From Thermoanaerobaculia bacterium (lineage in GTDB: Bacteria > Acidobacteriota > Thermoanaerobaculia > UBA5066): a stretch of 64,000 nt of DNA. Under the pieces are notes generated by a model. It had not been told where the DNA came from, did no database searches, and saw only the letters and a list, made by a program, of their open reading frames with translations. Location of the stretch: NCBI GenBank assembly GCA_963719225.1, contig CAVRAY010000001.1, forward strand, positions 832,001-896,000. Direction: 5' to 3'. Below, one piece after another: positions 29,544 to 38,940 of the stretch. The position numbers and the translations under genes were made by a program. Numbering within the stretch: position 1 is the first letter of the stretch; the number at the start of each line of letters is the position of its first letter.

Positions 29544-29577
29544 AACGCCCGGGCCTCGTGCCCGGGCGTTTTTTTTT
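29544..29577 (+). terminator. Rho-independent terminator
   Basis: AACGCCCGGGC-ctcgt-GCCCGGGCGTT stem followed by a T run. Confidence 0.9.
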
Positions 29578-29579
29578 CG

Positions 29580-29700
29580 CTCAGTCGACTCTCCATCGGT
29601 TGTGAAGCCACAGCCGCTCTCCGGGGGCAGGCTCCGCGTGCCCCCGGACCCCCTGAGTTACGGCCTCAGTCGACTCTCCATCGGTTGTGAAGCCACAGCC
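29580..29700. repeat. 36-bp direct repeat of the lpxL 3' end flanking a 49-bp hairpin element
   Basis: CTCAGTCGACTCTCCATCGGTTGTGAAGCCACAGCC at 29580-29615 and 29665-29700. Confidence 0.9.
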
Positions 29701-30559
29701 ACTGTTCCGGGTTACGGCGGATCATCTGTTCCAGAATCCCGTTGAGGCGGGCGGTGAGCTTTTCCACTCCGCGTTCCGATTCGGGGAGCGTGCGGACGTC
29801 CAATGCAGGTTCGTAGGTCAGACGCCAGCGTGCCGGCGCGATGCGGATCGCCGCCGTCGGGACGACGAGGGCCTCCGTGCGGTCCACGAGCTTCGCGAGC
29901 GCCGAAGAGGTCGCCGCCGGCTGGCCGAAGAACGGCGCCGTGACGGCATCCGGCGGGCGCGCGTGCTGATCGTTGAGGATGCCGATCGCGGCGCCCGCGC
30001 GGAGGGAACGCAGCATTTCCCGCGCCGCGTCCCGCTTTCCGATGACGGAGTTCCCGTTGGACGTGCGCAGTCGCGTGAGCCGGGCATCGAGCAGCGGGTT
30101 GTCGAGCGGGCGGGCGATGACGCGCACAGGGATGCCGAGGGCGCCGGTGCCGAGAGCGGCCCACTCCCAATTTCCGAGGTGCGCGGTGAGGAGGAAGACC
30201 CCGCGCCCGCTGGCAAAAGCCTCGCGCGCGTACTCGGCCCCCTGCGTCTCGATGCGCGCGAGAGCGTCCTCGGGCCCGTGGCCGCTGGAGTGGAGGAGCT
30301 CGGCCGCGACGCCTCCGAAGTGCTCGAAAACGCGCACCGCGAGGGCCTCGATCCCGGCTGCGGGAAGCTCGGGAAAGGCGCGCGCGAGGTTTGCACGAGC
30401 GAGCGCGCGGCGCTTGACGTCGAGCCTGAGGTAGAGGCGGCCGAGAGCACGGCCGAATCCCTCCGCCGCCTCGGGTGTCATTCTTGCCAACAGGGCGCCC
30501 GCGGCGCCCGCGGCGAGCGCCTCGAGTCGATTCCGGGCCGCCGTGCGCTGTTTCGGCAT
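29666..30559 (-). CDS. lpxL: Lipid A late acyltransferase (LpxL/HtrB family)
   Basis: TAHLGNWE, LNDQ, PFFG, PEQWLWLHNRW. Confidence 0.88.
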   Translation of the reverse strand: MPKQRTAARNRLEALAAGAAGALLARMTPEAAEGFGRALGRLYLRLDVKRRALARANLARAFPELPAAGIEALAVRVFEHFGGVAAELLHSSGHGPEDALARIETQGAEYAREAFASGRGVFLLTAHLGNWEWAALGTGALGIPVRVIARPLDNPLLDARLTRLRTSNGNSVIGKRDAAREMLRSLRAGAAIGILNDQHARPPDAVTAPFFGQPAATSSALAKLVDRTEALVVPTAAIRIAPARWRLTYEPALDVRTLPESERGVEKLTARLNGILEQMIRRNPEQWLWLHNRWRVD

Positions 30560-30564
30560 CGGAC

Positions 30565-31587
30565 TCAGGAGGGCGGCCGTGCGAGACGCGTGAGCGCGTC
30601 CGAGACGAAACCGGGTTCCGTGACCGCCATCTCGACGGCGACGCGGTAGAGAGGAAGCCTCAGGCGTCCCTCCAGCTTGACGGCGTCCTTCTCGGTCGTG
30701 ATGACGGCGGTCGCCCCGGATTCCTCGGCCGCGCGCTCGATCCTTCCGAGAGCGAAGGGCGCATACGGGTCGTGGTCTCGAAACGTCTCGATGCCGGCGG
30801 GGGCGATGCCGAGCGAAGCCAGCGTCTCGAAGAACGCGTTCGGGCGCGCGAGGCCCGCGACGGCGACGAGAGTCTCACCCGGAAGGTCCTCGGGGCGGAC
30901 TTCTTCTCCGGCGTCGTCGTGAATGCCGAGGACGCGGGTCGTCGCGTGGTAGACGGGTGCGCCGGGCGCCCATCGCGCCGCAAGACCGCGTGCGCGGGCG
31001 GAATCCGCCTGTTCGCACTTCGTGACGACGACGAGGTCCGCTCTCTCGAGGGACGACAGCGGTTCGCGCAGGCCTCCTCGGGGCAGGAGCGCGCCTCCCG
31101 CGTCGGGCGCCGTCGCGTCGAGGAGCACGACGTCGAGGTCGCGCGCGAGGGCGACGTGGGAGAAGCCGTCGTCGAGGAGATGAAGGGCGACGTCGGGCAC
31201 GAGCGCCTCGACGCGCCGCGCGGCGGCGATGCGGTTGCGGTCAGCCACGATGGGGACGCGTGGAAGAGCGCGGGCGAGGACCGCCGCTTCATCTCCGGAA
31301 TCGCGAACCGAGGCGACGAGGCCGGCGCCGTCCGAGACGACGACCGCCCGGCGCGTCGCCCGGCCGTAGCCGCGCGTGAGAACGGAGGGGCGGATCTCGC
31401 GGCCGAGAAGCTCCCCGGCGAGCCACCGCACGAATGGAGTCTTCCCCGTACCTCCGGCAGCGAGGTTCCCGACGGAGAGAACCGGACGTCCGGCGCGGCG
31501 AACGCGAAAAAGGCCGCGACGATATGCGGCGAGGCGCGCGGACACGGCGGTTCCGTAGAGAGCCGCGAGCGGCGAGAGGAAGCTCAC
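30565..31587 (-). CDS. lpxK: Tetraacyldisaccharide 4'-kinase
   Basis: SVGNLAAGGTGKTP, TRGYG, GDE, LDDGFSH, LREP. Confidence 0.94.
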   Translation of the reverse strand: MSFLSPLAALYGTAVSARLAAYRRGLFRVRRAGRPVLSVGNLAAGGTGKTPFVRWLAGELLGREIRPSVLTRGYGRATRRAVVVSDGAGLVASVRDSGDEAAVLARALPRVPIVADRNRIAAARRVEALVPDVALHLLDDGFSHVALARDLDVVLLDATAPDAGGALLPRGGLREPLSSLERADLVVVTKCEQADSARARGLAARWAPGAPVYHATTRVLGIHDDAGEEVRPEDLPGETLVAVAGLARPNAFFETLASLGIAPAGIETFRDHDPYAPFALGRIERAAEESGATAVITTEKDAVKLEGRLRLPLYRVAVEMAVTEPGFVSDALTRLARPPS

Positions 31588-32792
31588 GCGCCCGGCGCCC
31601 CGGCGGAGGCGAGTTGGAGGGCGGCCTCGGCGGCCGTCCGCGCGGCGCCGGCGTGGCCCGCGAAAAGCTCTCGCGTGATGGCGGATGCTCGGGCGCGCGC
31701 CGCCTTGTCCATCAGCAGCGGCCGGAGCGCGTCGGCGGCCGAGCGCGCATCCGCCGCGGCGAAGACGGCTCCTTCGGCGGCCTCGAGCGCGGACCTGATG
31801 TTCCCGGTGGACGGCCCGTGCACGACCGGGGCGCCGGCTCGGAGAGGCTCGAGGACGTTGTGTCCGCCTTTCGGCGCGAACGATCCGCCGAGGAGCGCCG
31901 CCTCGGCGAGCGCATACGTTCCGGCGAGCTCGCCGACCGAATCGAGGAGGAAGAGGTCCGCTCGCTCACTTTCCGTGCCTTCGGGGCTCGAGCGCCGGGT
32001 CACGGCCAGCCCCTCGGCCCGGGCGCGCCGCTCCGCGGCGTCGAAGCCCTCCGGCTGCCGGGGCGCCAGGACGAGAAACACTCCGGGCGCGGTCTTTTCC
32101 AGCGTGCGTCTGACCTCGAGAACGAGGGGGATCTCGCTTTCCGCGATCGAGCCCGCGACGAGGATCGGACGTCCGCGCGCGAGGCGTCGCACGCGCCCGG
32201 CGAACGGCGGCTCGGGCACGGGAGCGCGGTCGAACTTCAGATCGCCGCCGACGGCGATCCGTGAAGAAGGAACACCGATCTCCTCGAAGCGCGAAGCGTC
32301 CTCTCTCGTCCGCGCCAGGACGCGCGTGAGAGCGTCCCACGTGCCCCCGAAGAGGCGCGCGATCCTCCGATACCGTCTCGCGGACCGTTCCGAGAGGCGC
32401 GCGTTCACGACGAGAACGGGGATTGCACGGCGCCGTGCCTCGCCGAGGACGCCGGGCCAGAGCTCCGTCTCGACGAGGACCAGGAGCCGAGGCCGCGTCG
32501 CATCGAAGAACCTCCGGACGGAGGACGGCACGTCGAGCGGGAACGGCCGCCAGATGCCGGGTCTCCGGCGCGACAGCAGGCCGACTCCCGCGGGCGTCGT
32601 GGAGGTGAGCAGGAGCGGCATGCCCGGGTCGAGCGAAGCGAGCAGCTCAGCCAGTGTGAGAGCGACCTCTACCTCCCCCACGGAGACACCTTGAATCCAG
32701 ACGCCACCTGGGTTCCCGGGGCTACCGACGGATGGAAAAAGCCTTGAAAAAATGAGCGGGAAAAGTGGAGCTTCGGAGGGCAGAGCAGACAT
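31584..32792 (-). CDS. waaA: 3-deoxy-D-manno-octulosonic acid transferase
   Basis: VSVGE, ETELWP, NARLS, LKFD, GGHNVLEP; start uncertain. Confidence 0.9.
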   Translation of the reverse strand: MSALPSEAPLFPLIFSRLFPSVGSPGNPGGVWIQGVSVGEVEVALTLAELLASLDPGMPLLLTSTTPAGVGLLSRRRPGIWRPFPLDVPSSVRRFFDATRPRLLVLVETELWPGVLGEARRRAIPVLVVNARLSERSARRYRRIARLFGGTWDALTRVLARTREDASRFEEIGVPSSRIAVGGDLKFDRAPVPEPPFAGRVRRLARGRPILVAGSIAESEIPLVLEVRRTLEKTAPGVFLVLAPRQPEGFDAAERRARAEGLAVTRRSSPEGTESERADLFLLDSVGELAGTYALAEAALLGGSFAPKGGHNVLEPLRAGAPVVHGPSTGNIRSALEAAEGAVFAAADARSAADALRPLLMDKAARARASAITRELFAGHAGAARTAAEAALQLASAGAPGA

Positions 32793-32858
32793 CAAATCAA
32801 GTCCTGACAAGAATTTATCGCCCCGCTCCACTCGCTGCGGGGATTATACTTCGGAAGG

Positions 32859-33590
32859 TTGAGGGGGTCCTTCCGGCTGGTAGACGACGACGAGCCCACG
32901 AACGTAAAAGACCCCGAAGCGATGCGTCTCGTCTCGTCCGCTGCCCGTCCGGATTCATCCGAGCCCCCGTCCGAGGGGCCCGGGCTGCGCGCCGTTTTGG
33001 TCGGATCCGCGGGAGCACCCGCCGAAGAGCGGGCGCTCGCCCGCCGCGCCGCGCGGGGGGATGCGGAGGCGTTCGCCGAGCTCGTCGCCCGGCGGACTCC
33101 CGGCGTCCTGTCCTTCCTGAGGCGGCTGCTGGGAGACGCGGAGGACGCGCGCGACGTCGCGCAGCTCACGTTCGTTAGGGTCTGGGAGAACCTCGAGCGG
33201 TACGACCCGGCCTGGGCGTTCTCGACCTGGCTCTTTCGCATTGCCGGCAATCTCGCCATCGACGCGTTGCGGGCGCGCGGGACGCGGCAGCGCACGGAGG
33301 CCGAGAGCTTCCGGCTCGTGAAGGGGGCACGCACGAGCGCGGAGCCCGACGGTCCCGCGCTCCTCGCCGAGACCGAAGTCCGGCGCGTCTTCGAGGTGTG
33401 CGCGAACGTTCTGTCCGAGAAGCAGCGGCTCGTGTTCGTCCTGAAGGAATTCGAGGACATGGACTCGAGCGAGATCGCCCGAATCCTCGACTGCCGCGAG
33501 TCGACGGTGCGCAATCACCTTTTCCAGGCCCGGCGCCTGCTGCGCGTCGAGATCCGGAAGCGGTTTCCCGAGTTCGTTTCAGGCCGGTAG
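32859..33590 (+). CDS. ECF RNA polymerase sigma-70 factor
   Basis: DARDVAQLTF, FSTWLFRIAGN, EIARIL...STVRNHLFQAR. Confidence 0.9.
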   Translation: MRGSFRLVDDDEPTNVKDPEAMRLVSSAARPDSSEPPSEGPGLRAVLVGSAGAPAEERALARRAARGDAEAFAELVARRTPGVLSFLRRLLGDAEDARDVAQLTFVRVWENLERYDPAWAFSTWLFRIAGNLAIDALRARGTRQRTEAESFRLVKGARTSAEPDGPALLAETEVRRVFEVCANVLSEKQRLVFVLKEFEDMDSSEIARILDCRESTVRNHLFQARRLLRVEIRKRFPEFVSGR

Positions 33591-33646
33591 GTTTTGGTTT
33601 TCGGATTCGGATTTCGGATTTTCTGAGAAAGGGAAGAAAGACGGGG

Positions 33647-34300
33647 ATGAGCAGGGTGGCGAACGGAGGGAGCGGAGAGCGGGGCGGGACGACGGCGGGG
33701 CGGGGCTGCCCTGACGCGCCTCGCGTGCGCCTCGCTGTCCGCCATCTCCTTTCAGAAGAAAACTCTTCTTCTCCCTCTTCGTCCCTTGCTTCTCTCTCCT
33801 CCGAGCTGAAGGCGCATCTCTCGGCGTGTGCTTTCTGCGCGGCCGAGGCACGCGCGATCGACCCGACGCTCCTGTTCGTGCCGCTCGGGGCGTCCCTCGC
33901 GGCCGCACCGGCGGCGGAGGACGTGCGGCGCGTGGCGGACGACGTCCTCGCCGAAGTGAGGCGGCGCTCCCGGGTCTTCTCTCCTCCTTCGGCGCAGCCG
34001 TTCTTCTCGCGTCGCTTCCTTCAGGCGGCCGCGCTCGTCGTCCTCGCCGCAGGGCTCTTCGGCATCGGCGCCATCCGGCTCGCCCAGAACGAGCGGGCTC
34101 AGGCTCCGGCGGGTCTCGCGCCCACGCCGCGTGAAAGCCAGAACGGGCCGGACGTGCGCGACGCCCTCGACGTGCGCCCGGCCTCCCGGCCCCTGATCCA
34201 GGACCTGAAGAATCCCGGCGCGCGCGTCTACGAGTTCGCCGCCGTCTCACCGAAGGAGCCGAACGTCGTCTTCATCGCGGATCCGCACGCGGATCTCTGA
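33647..34300 (+). CDS. Putative zinc-finger anti-sigma factor
   Basis: HLSACAFC motif, one TM helix, short exported tail; follows the ECF gene. Confidence 0.75.
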   Translation: MSRVANGGSGERGGTTAGRGCPDAPRVRLAVRHLLSEENSSSPSSSLASLSSELKAHLSACAFCAAEARAIDPTLLFVPLGASLAAAPAAEDVRRVADDVLAEVRRRSRVFSPPSAQPFFSRRFLQAAALVVLAAGLFGIGAIRLAQNERAQAPAGLAPTPRESQNGPDVRDALDVRPASRPLIQDLKNPGARVYEFAAVSPKEPNVVFIADPHADL

Positions 34301-34303
34301 GTC

Positions 34304-35062
34304 ATGAAGCCTCGCTCCGCCCGGCTTCGGAACGCCGTCCGGGCCCTCGTCCTCCTGTCGCTGACGCTGCTCGCCGCCGGCGGAGCGTCCGGCGCCGGCG
34401 CTCCGCAGCCGCAGACCGTCGTCAAGGTCTTCACGCTGAAGCACCGCAAGGTCGAGGATGCGCTCGTGGTTCTGCGTCCGCTGCTTTCGGCCACGGGCGC
34501 CGTTTCGGTCGTCCTCGACACGAACCAGAATTCCCTCACGGTCCGTGGTTCCGCGGGTCAGGTCGAGCAGGTCGCCCGGGCCCTCGTGGCTTTCGACGTC
34601 CCGCTGCGCGCCATCGACATCGCCGTCACGCTCCTGAAGTCCGCGGCGGAGAAAGCGCGGGCGGCCGAAAAGACGAACGTCTCGGAGGAGATCCGCGGAA
34701 TCGGAGAGAAGCTCAAGAAGCTCTTCAACGTGACCGATTTCACCCGGCTCGACTCCGTCGTCGTCCAGGGCGTCGAAGGCCAGCGGGTGGCGTACGCGAT
34801 GGGCGGCGGCTACCGCCTCGAGTTCCTCCTCGAGCCCTCGCGTGACGGCACGCAGGTCCAGCTCCGGGATCTCTCCCTCGAGCGCGTGCGGCGCGAGGCG
34901 GGCCGTGAGATCCGCGGCGAGATCCTCCGCACGTCCATCAACGTCAATCTCGGGCAGCCTTACATCCTCGGCGTCGGGCGCGACGAGTCCGCCGGGGACA
35001 AGCTCTTCGTCGTCATCTTCGCGAACTGGCGCCAGCCGGGGCCGGGGATCTTCCTGAACTGA
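34304..35062 (+). CDS. Exported protein with secretin N (NolW-like) domain
   Basis: Signal peptide; VKVFTLKH...LRPLLS...DTNQNSLTVRG...AFDVP resembles a secretin N3 domain. Confidence 0.65.
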   Translation: MKPRSARLRNAVRALVLLSLTLLAAGGASGAGAPQPQTVVKVFTLKHRKVEDALVVLRPLLSATGAVSVVLDTNQNSLTVRGSAGQVEQVARALVAFDVPLRAIDIAVTLLKSAAEKARAAEKTNVSEEIRGIGEKLKKLFNVTDFTRLDSVVVQGVEGQRVAYAMGGGYRLEFLLEPSRDGTQVQLRDLSLERVRREAGREIRGEILRTSINVNLGQPYILGVGRDESAGDKLFVVIFANWRQPGPGIFLN

Positions 35063-36318
35063 TGCCGACGTACGTCTGCCGCGTCGGGATGGGGGATGGC
35101 GCGATCGTGACGCGCGCGATCGAAGCTCCCGACGAGCACGCGCTCGAGACCGAAGTCGCGCGACTCGGCGCGAAGCTCTTTTCCGCGAAGCTCTCCGGCG
35201 GCGAAGGAGCGGCCGTCTCCGGAGGCCGGCGTTCTTTCGCCGACGCTCTTTCGGGCTTCCTGCCGCGCCGCACGCGCCCGGTGAAGACCGCGGAGTTTCT
35301 CGTCTTCAACCAGGAGCTCGTCGCCCTCCTGAAGGCGGGCCTTCCCATCGTCAACGGCTTCGACATCCTCCTCGAAAGGCAGGAGAACCCGCGCTTCAAG
35401 GCGATCCTGAAGGACGTCCGCGACCAGCTCGTCTCGGGCGTGGCGCTCTCGGACGCCTTCCTGTCGCACGGCGACGTCTTCCCGAGGCTCTACGCGACCT
35501 CGCTCAAGGCCGGCGAGCGCTCGGGCGAGGTCGAGAAGGTCCTGCGCCGGTATCTCGCCTACCAGAAGATCCTCGGCGGCATCCGGCGCAAGGTGACGGG
35601 AGCCCTCGTCTATCCGGCGGTCCTCATCTGCTTGTCCATCGGGCTCGTCTTCATCCTGATGACGTACGTCATCCCGAGATTCCGGGAGTTCTTCGCGGGC
35701 TTCGAGGCGGGCCGGCTGCCCCTCATCACGCGGGTGGTCGTCGGAACGGCCGACTTCCTGCACGCGCACATTGTCCTGATGCTGGCGGTGCTCGCCGTGG
35801 GAGGCGTCGTTCTTTCCCGCTGGAAGGCGAGCGAGGCGGGGAGCATCGCCTGGGACGGCTTCCTCCTGCGCCTGCCGCTCGTCGGGACGATTCTCCAGCA
35901 GTTCGCGCTCTCGCAGTTCTCCCGCTCTCTCGCCACGCTCGTCGGCGCCGGGACGCCCCTCGTCCCCGCGCTCGACATCGCGGCGGGCGCGGTCGCGAAC
36001 CGGCGCGTCTCGGGCGGCGTCGCCGCCGTCGTTCCCCGCGTGCGCGAAGGTGCCGAGCTGTGGCGAAGCCTCGAGGAGACGGGCATCTTCACGTCGCTCG
36101 CGGTCGAGATGATCAAGGTCGGCGAAGCCACCGGGGCGCTCGAGGAGATGCTCACGAACGTGTCGGACTTCTACGACGAGGCCATCGAAGCCCGACTCCA
36201 GCGCATCGTCACCCTCATCGAGCCGATCATCCTCGTCGTCATGGGAGGTGTCATCGCGACGATCCTCCTCTCGATCTACCTCCCCATGTTCACCATCCTC
36301 TCCAACATCAAGGCCTGA
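35062..36318 (+). CDS. Type II secretion/T4P platform protein, GspF/PilC family
   Basis: LLKAGLPI, AGERSG, VGEATGAL, IEP...IYLPMF. Confidence 0.92.
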   Translation: MPTYVCRVGMGDGAIVTRAIEAPDEHALETEVARLGAKLFSAKLSGGEGAAVSGGRRSFADALSGFLPRRTRPVKTAEFLVFNQELVALLKAGLPIVNGFDILLERQENPRFKAILKDVRDQLVSGVALSDAFLSHGDVFPRLYATSLKAGERSGEVEKVLRRYLAYQKILGGIRRKVTGALVYPAVLICLSIGLVFILMTYVIPRFREFFAGFEAGRLPLITRVVVGTADFLHAHIVLMLAVLAVGGVVLSRWKASEAGSIAWDGFLLRLPLVGTILQQFALSQFSRSLATLVGAGTPLVPALDIAAGAVANRRVSGGVAAVVPRVREGAELWRSLEETGIFTSLAVEMIKVGEATGALEEMLTNVSDFYDEAIEARLQRIVTLIEPIILVVMGGVIATILLSIYLPMFTILSNIKA

Positions 36319-36341
36319 CGGGCCGTAGAAGCGGATACCAG

Positions 36342-37976
36342 ATGAGCGCGACCCGAGGACCCTCCCCCGAAACCGCGATGCCGCGATTCCTCGACGCGGC
36401 TTCCGAGGAGACGCGCGCCCGCCAGCTCGCCGAGCGCCTCGGGCTGCCGTACGTCGATCTCTGGACGTTCCGGATCGACGCCGAGCTCTTCCGTTCGATC
36501 CCGCTCGAGTGGATGCTCCGCTTCGAGTTCGTGCCGGAGAAGGCGGAGAACGGAACTCTCGCGGTGGTCATGGCGGATCCGGCCGACGTCGTGAAGCGGG
36601 ACGAGCTCGAGGGGCTCCTCAAGAAGCGCCTGCGAGTCCGCGTCGGGTCGAGGGCCGCCCTCCAGGACATCCTCCAGAAATCCGAATCCACCCAGCGCGT
36701 CCTCGAGGAGGCGACGGAGGAGTTTCGGATGCAGGTCGTGCGGGAGGACGAAGAGGGGCAGGAAGTCCTCTCGATCGACCGCATCACCGCCGACGCGAGC
36801 CCGATCATCAAGCTGGTCGACTCGGTGCTCTTCAACGCGATCCAGCGTCGCGCCTCGGACATCCACATCGAGACGCAGGAGCACGTCGTCGTCATCAAGT
36901 ACCGCATCGACGGCGTCCTCTACCCGGCGATGGAGCCGATCGACAAAAAGCACCACCAGACGATCATCAGCCGCATCAAGGTCATGTCGGAGCTCGACAT
37001 CGCCGAGAAGCGCATCCCGCAGGACGGCCGCTTCAAGGTGCGCGTCAAGGGCCGCACGATCGACTTCCGCGTCTCGATCATGCCGACGGTCCACGGCGAG
37101 GACGCGGTCATCCGCATCCTCGACAAGGAGTCCGCGAACGCCGAGTTCAAGAACCTGCGTCTCGACGTCCTCGGAATGGACCCCGAGACGATGCGGCGTC
37201 TGAGAAAGTTCATCCGCGAGCCGTACGGCATGGTGCTCGTCACCGGGCCCACGGGCTCGGGCAAGACGACGACGCTCTACGCGTGCCTCTCTGAGATCCA
37301 GACGGTCGAGGACAAGATCATCACGATCGAGGACCCGGTCGAGTACCAGCTTCGCGGCGTGACGCAGATTCCCGTGAACGAGAAGAAGGGCCTCACGTTC
37401 GCGCGCGGACTACGCTCCATTCTCCGGCACGACCCCGACAAGGTCATGGTCGGCGAGATCCGCGACGAGGAGACGGCGCAGATCGCCGTGCAGGCCGCCC
37501 TCACGGGGCACCTCGTCTTCACGACCGTTCATGCGAACAACGTCGTGGACGTGCTCGGGCGTTTCCTGAACATGAAGGTCGAGCTCTACAACTTCGTCTC
37601 TGCTCTCAATTGCATCCTCGCGCAGCGGCTCGTGCGCAAGATCTGCCCGCACTGCCGCGTCGTGTCGACGCCGACGGCGCAGCTCCTCGAGGAGTCCGCG
37701 ATCGCCCCGGAGCAGATGGCCGGCGTCACCCTTTACGAGGGCCGCGGGTGCATCGAGTGCAACGGCACCGGCTTTTACGGCCGGATGGCGATCACGGAGC
37801 TCCTCGACCTCTCGGACCGCATCCGAAGCCTCATCCTCGACAAGCGTCCCGCGGCGGAGATCAAGAAGGCGGCCCAGGCCGAGGGAATGAGCTTCCTCCG
37901 CGAATCGGCGATCAAGAAGGTCCTGGCCGGCCAGACGACGCTGCGCGAGATCAACAAGGTGACCTTCGTTGAGTGA
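36342..37976 (+). CDS. GspE/PilB family assembly ATPase
   Basis: ASDIHIE, LDIAEKRIPQDGRF, GPTGSGKTTT, LRHDPD, Cys motifs. Confidence 0.93.
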   Translation: MSATRGPSPETAMPRFLDAASEETRARQLAERLGLPYVDLWTFRIDAELFRSIPLEWMLRFEFVPEKAENGTLAVVMADPADVVKRDELEGLLKKRLRVRVGSRAALQDILQKSESTQRVLEEATEEFRMQVVREDEEGQEVLSIDRITADASPIIKLVDSVLFNAIQRRASDIHIETQEHVVVIKYRIDGVLYPAMEPIDKKHHQTIISRIKVMSELDIAEKRIPQDGRFKVRVKGRTIDFRVSIMPTVHGEDAVIRILDKESANAEFKNLRLDVLGMDPETMRRLRKFIREPYGMVLVTGPTGSGKTTTLYACLSEIQTVEDKIITIEDPVEYQLRGVTQIPVNEKKGLTFARGLRSILRHDPDKVMVGEIRDEETAQIAVQAALTGHLVFTTVHANNVVDVLGRFLNMKVELYNFVSALNCILAQRLVRKICPHCRVVSTPTAQLLEESAIAPEQMAGVTLYEGRGCIECNGTGFYGRMAITELLDLSDRIRSLILDKRPAAEIKKAAQAEGMSFLRESAIKKVLAGQTTLREINKVTFVE

Positions 37977-38940
37977 CGGCAGGAAGAACCCGTTCTCGCC
38001 GGCGTTCTGGCGGTCCGCCCGCCCGCCGCACGCCTTCGTCCTGGCGCGCGACCGGCTCGTCTACGTCGGTCCCGCCGACGGAGCGCGACGCTCGGCGCTC
38101 TCGGCGACGCCCGCCTTCCGCGTCGTGTCCCGCGCGCTGCCGCCCGAGACTTTCACGTCCGGTCCGGACGGGTCGCCCCTCGCGGGACCCGCGCTTTCCG
38201 GCGCGCTCCAGCGCCTCCTCGCCGAGGTCGGCGCGAAAATTCCGGCCGCCTCCCTCGTGGTTCCCGACGGCTGGGTGAAGCTCCTCGTGATCGACGCCGT
38301 CCAGCCGGAGAGCCACGAGCGCGAAGTCGACGACATGCTTCGCTGGAAGTTCGGACGCGCGTTCGGCGAGCCGACCGGAGATCTCCGTCTCTCGTGGCAG
38401 CCGGCGGGGGCCGGAACGGAAGGAACCCGCATCCTCGCGCTCGCGGCCTCGGAGCCCGCAACATCCTCGTGGGAAGCGCCGTTCGAGAAGGCGGGCATCC
38501 GCATCGGCGCGCTCGAGACCGCCGCGTTCGCGGTCGCGTCGCTCGGCGGCCGGTCGGCCGGCGACGCCTTCCTCGTCTGGACGGATGACGACACGGCGAC
38601 GACCCTCGTCTATGCGGGCTCGCAGCTCGTCTTCGCGCGTACGAGGCCGTTCGCCGAGGCGAGCGAGGCGGTGCAGGACGTGCGCCACGCGGTCACGTTC
38701 GGAACGCCGGCCCGGCCGGCCGAGGCGCCGCCCGCGGACGTCGCCGGAAAATGCGCCGCGGGACCTTCTAACTCTTCGGTCCTCGAGGCGCTGCGCGAGT
38801 TCCGCGCCTCCGCCGGCGCCGCGGAGCCCGCGCTCCTAACGCTGACCCGCCTCGCCCCCGCGGTGACCGTGACGCCCGCCGCCGCGGCGGAGGATCCGGC
38901 CACGCTCGCCGCCTTGGGCGTCCTCGCGGGGGGTGATTGA
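37969..38940 (+). CDS. PilM/GspL-like cytoplasmic assembly protein
   Basis: Position after the ATPase; degenerate actin-like features; overlaps neighbours. Confidence 0.55.
   Translation: MSDGRKNPFSPAFWRSARPPHAFVLARDRLVYVGPADGARRSALSATPAFRVVSRALPPETFTSGPDGSPLAGPALSGALQRLLAEVGAKIPAASLVVPDGWVKLLVIDAVQPESHEREVDDMLRWKFGRAFGEPTGDLRLSWQPAGAGTEGTRILALAASEPATSSWEAPFEKAGIRIGALETAAFAVASLGGRSAGDAFLVWTDDDTATTLVYAGSQLVFARTRPFAEASEAVQDVRHAVTFGTPARPAEAPPADVAGKCAAGPSNSSVLEALREFRASAGAAEPALLTLTRLAPAVTVTPAAAAEDPATLAALGVLAGGD

Noticed and set aside
29580-29700. 36-bp repeat with one spacer resembling a minimal CRISPR array
   Set aside because: Only two copies, the repeat is lpxL coding sequence, the spacer is a hairpin element, and there are no cas genes in the window
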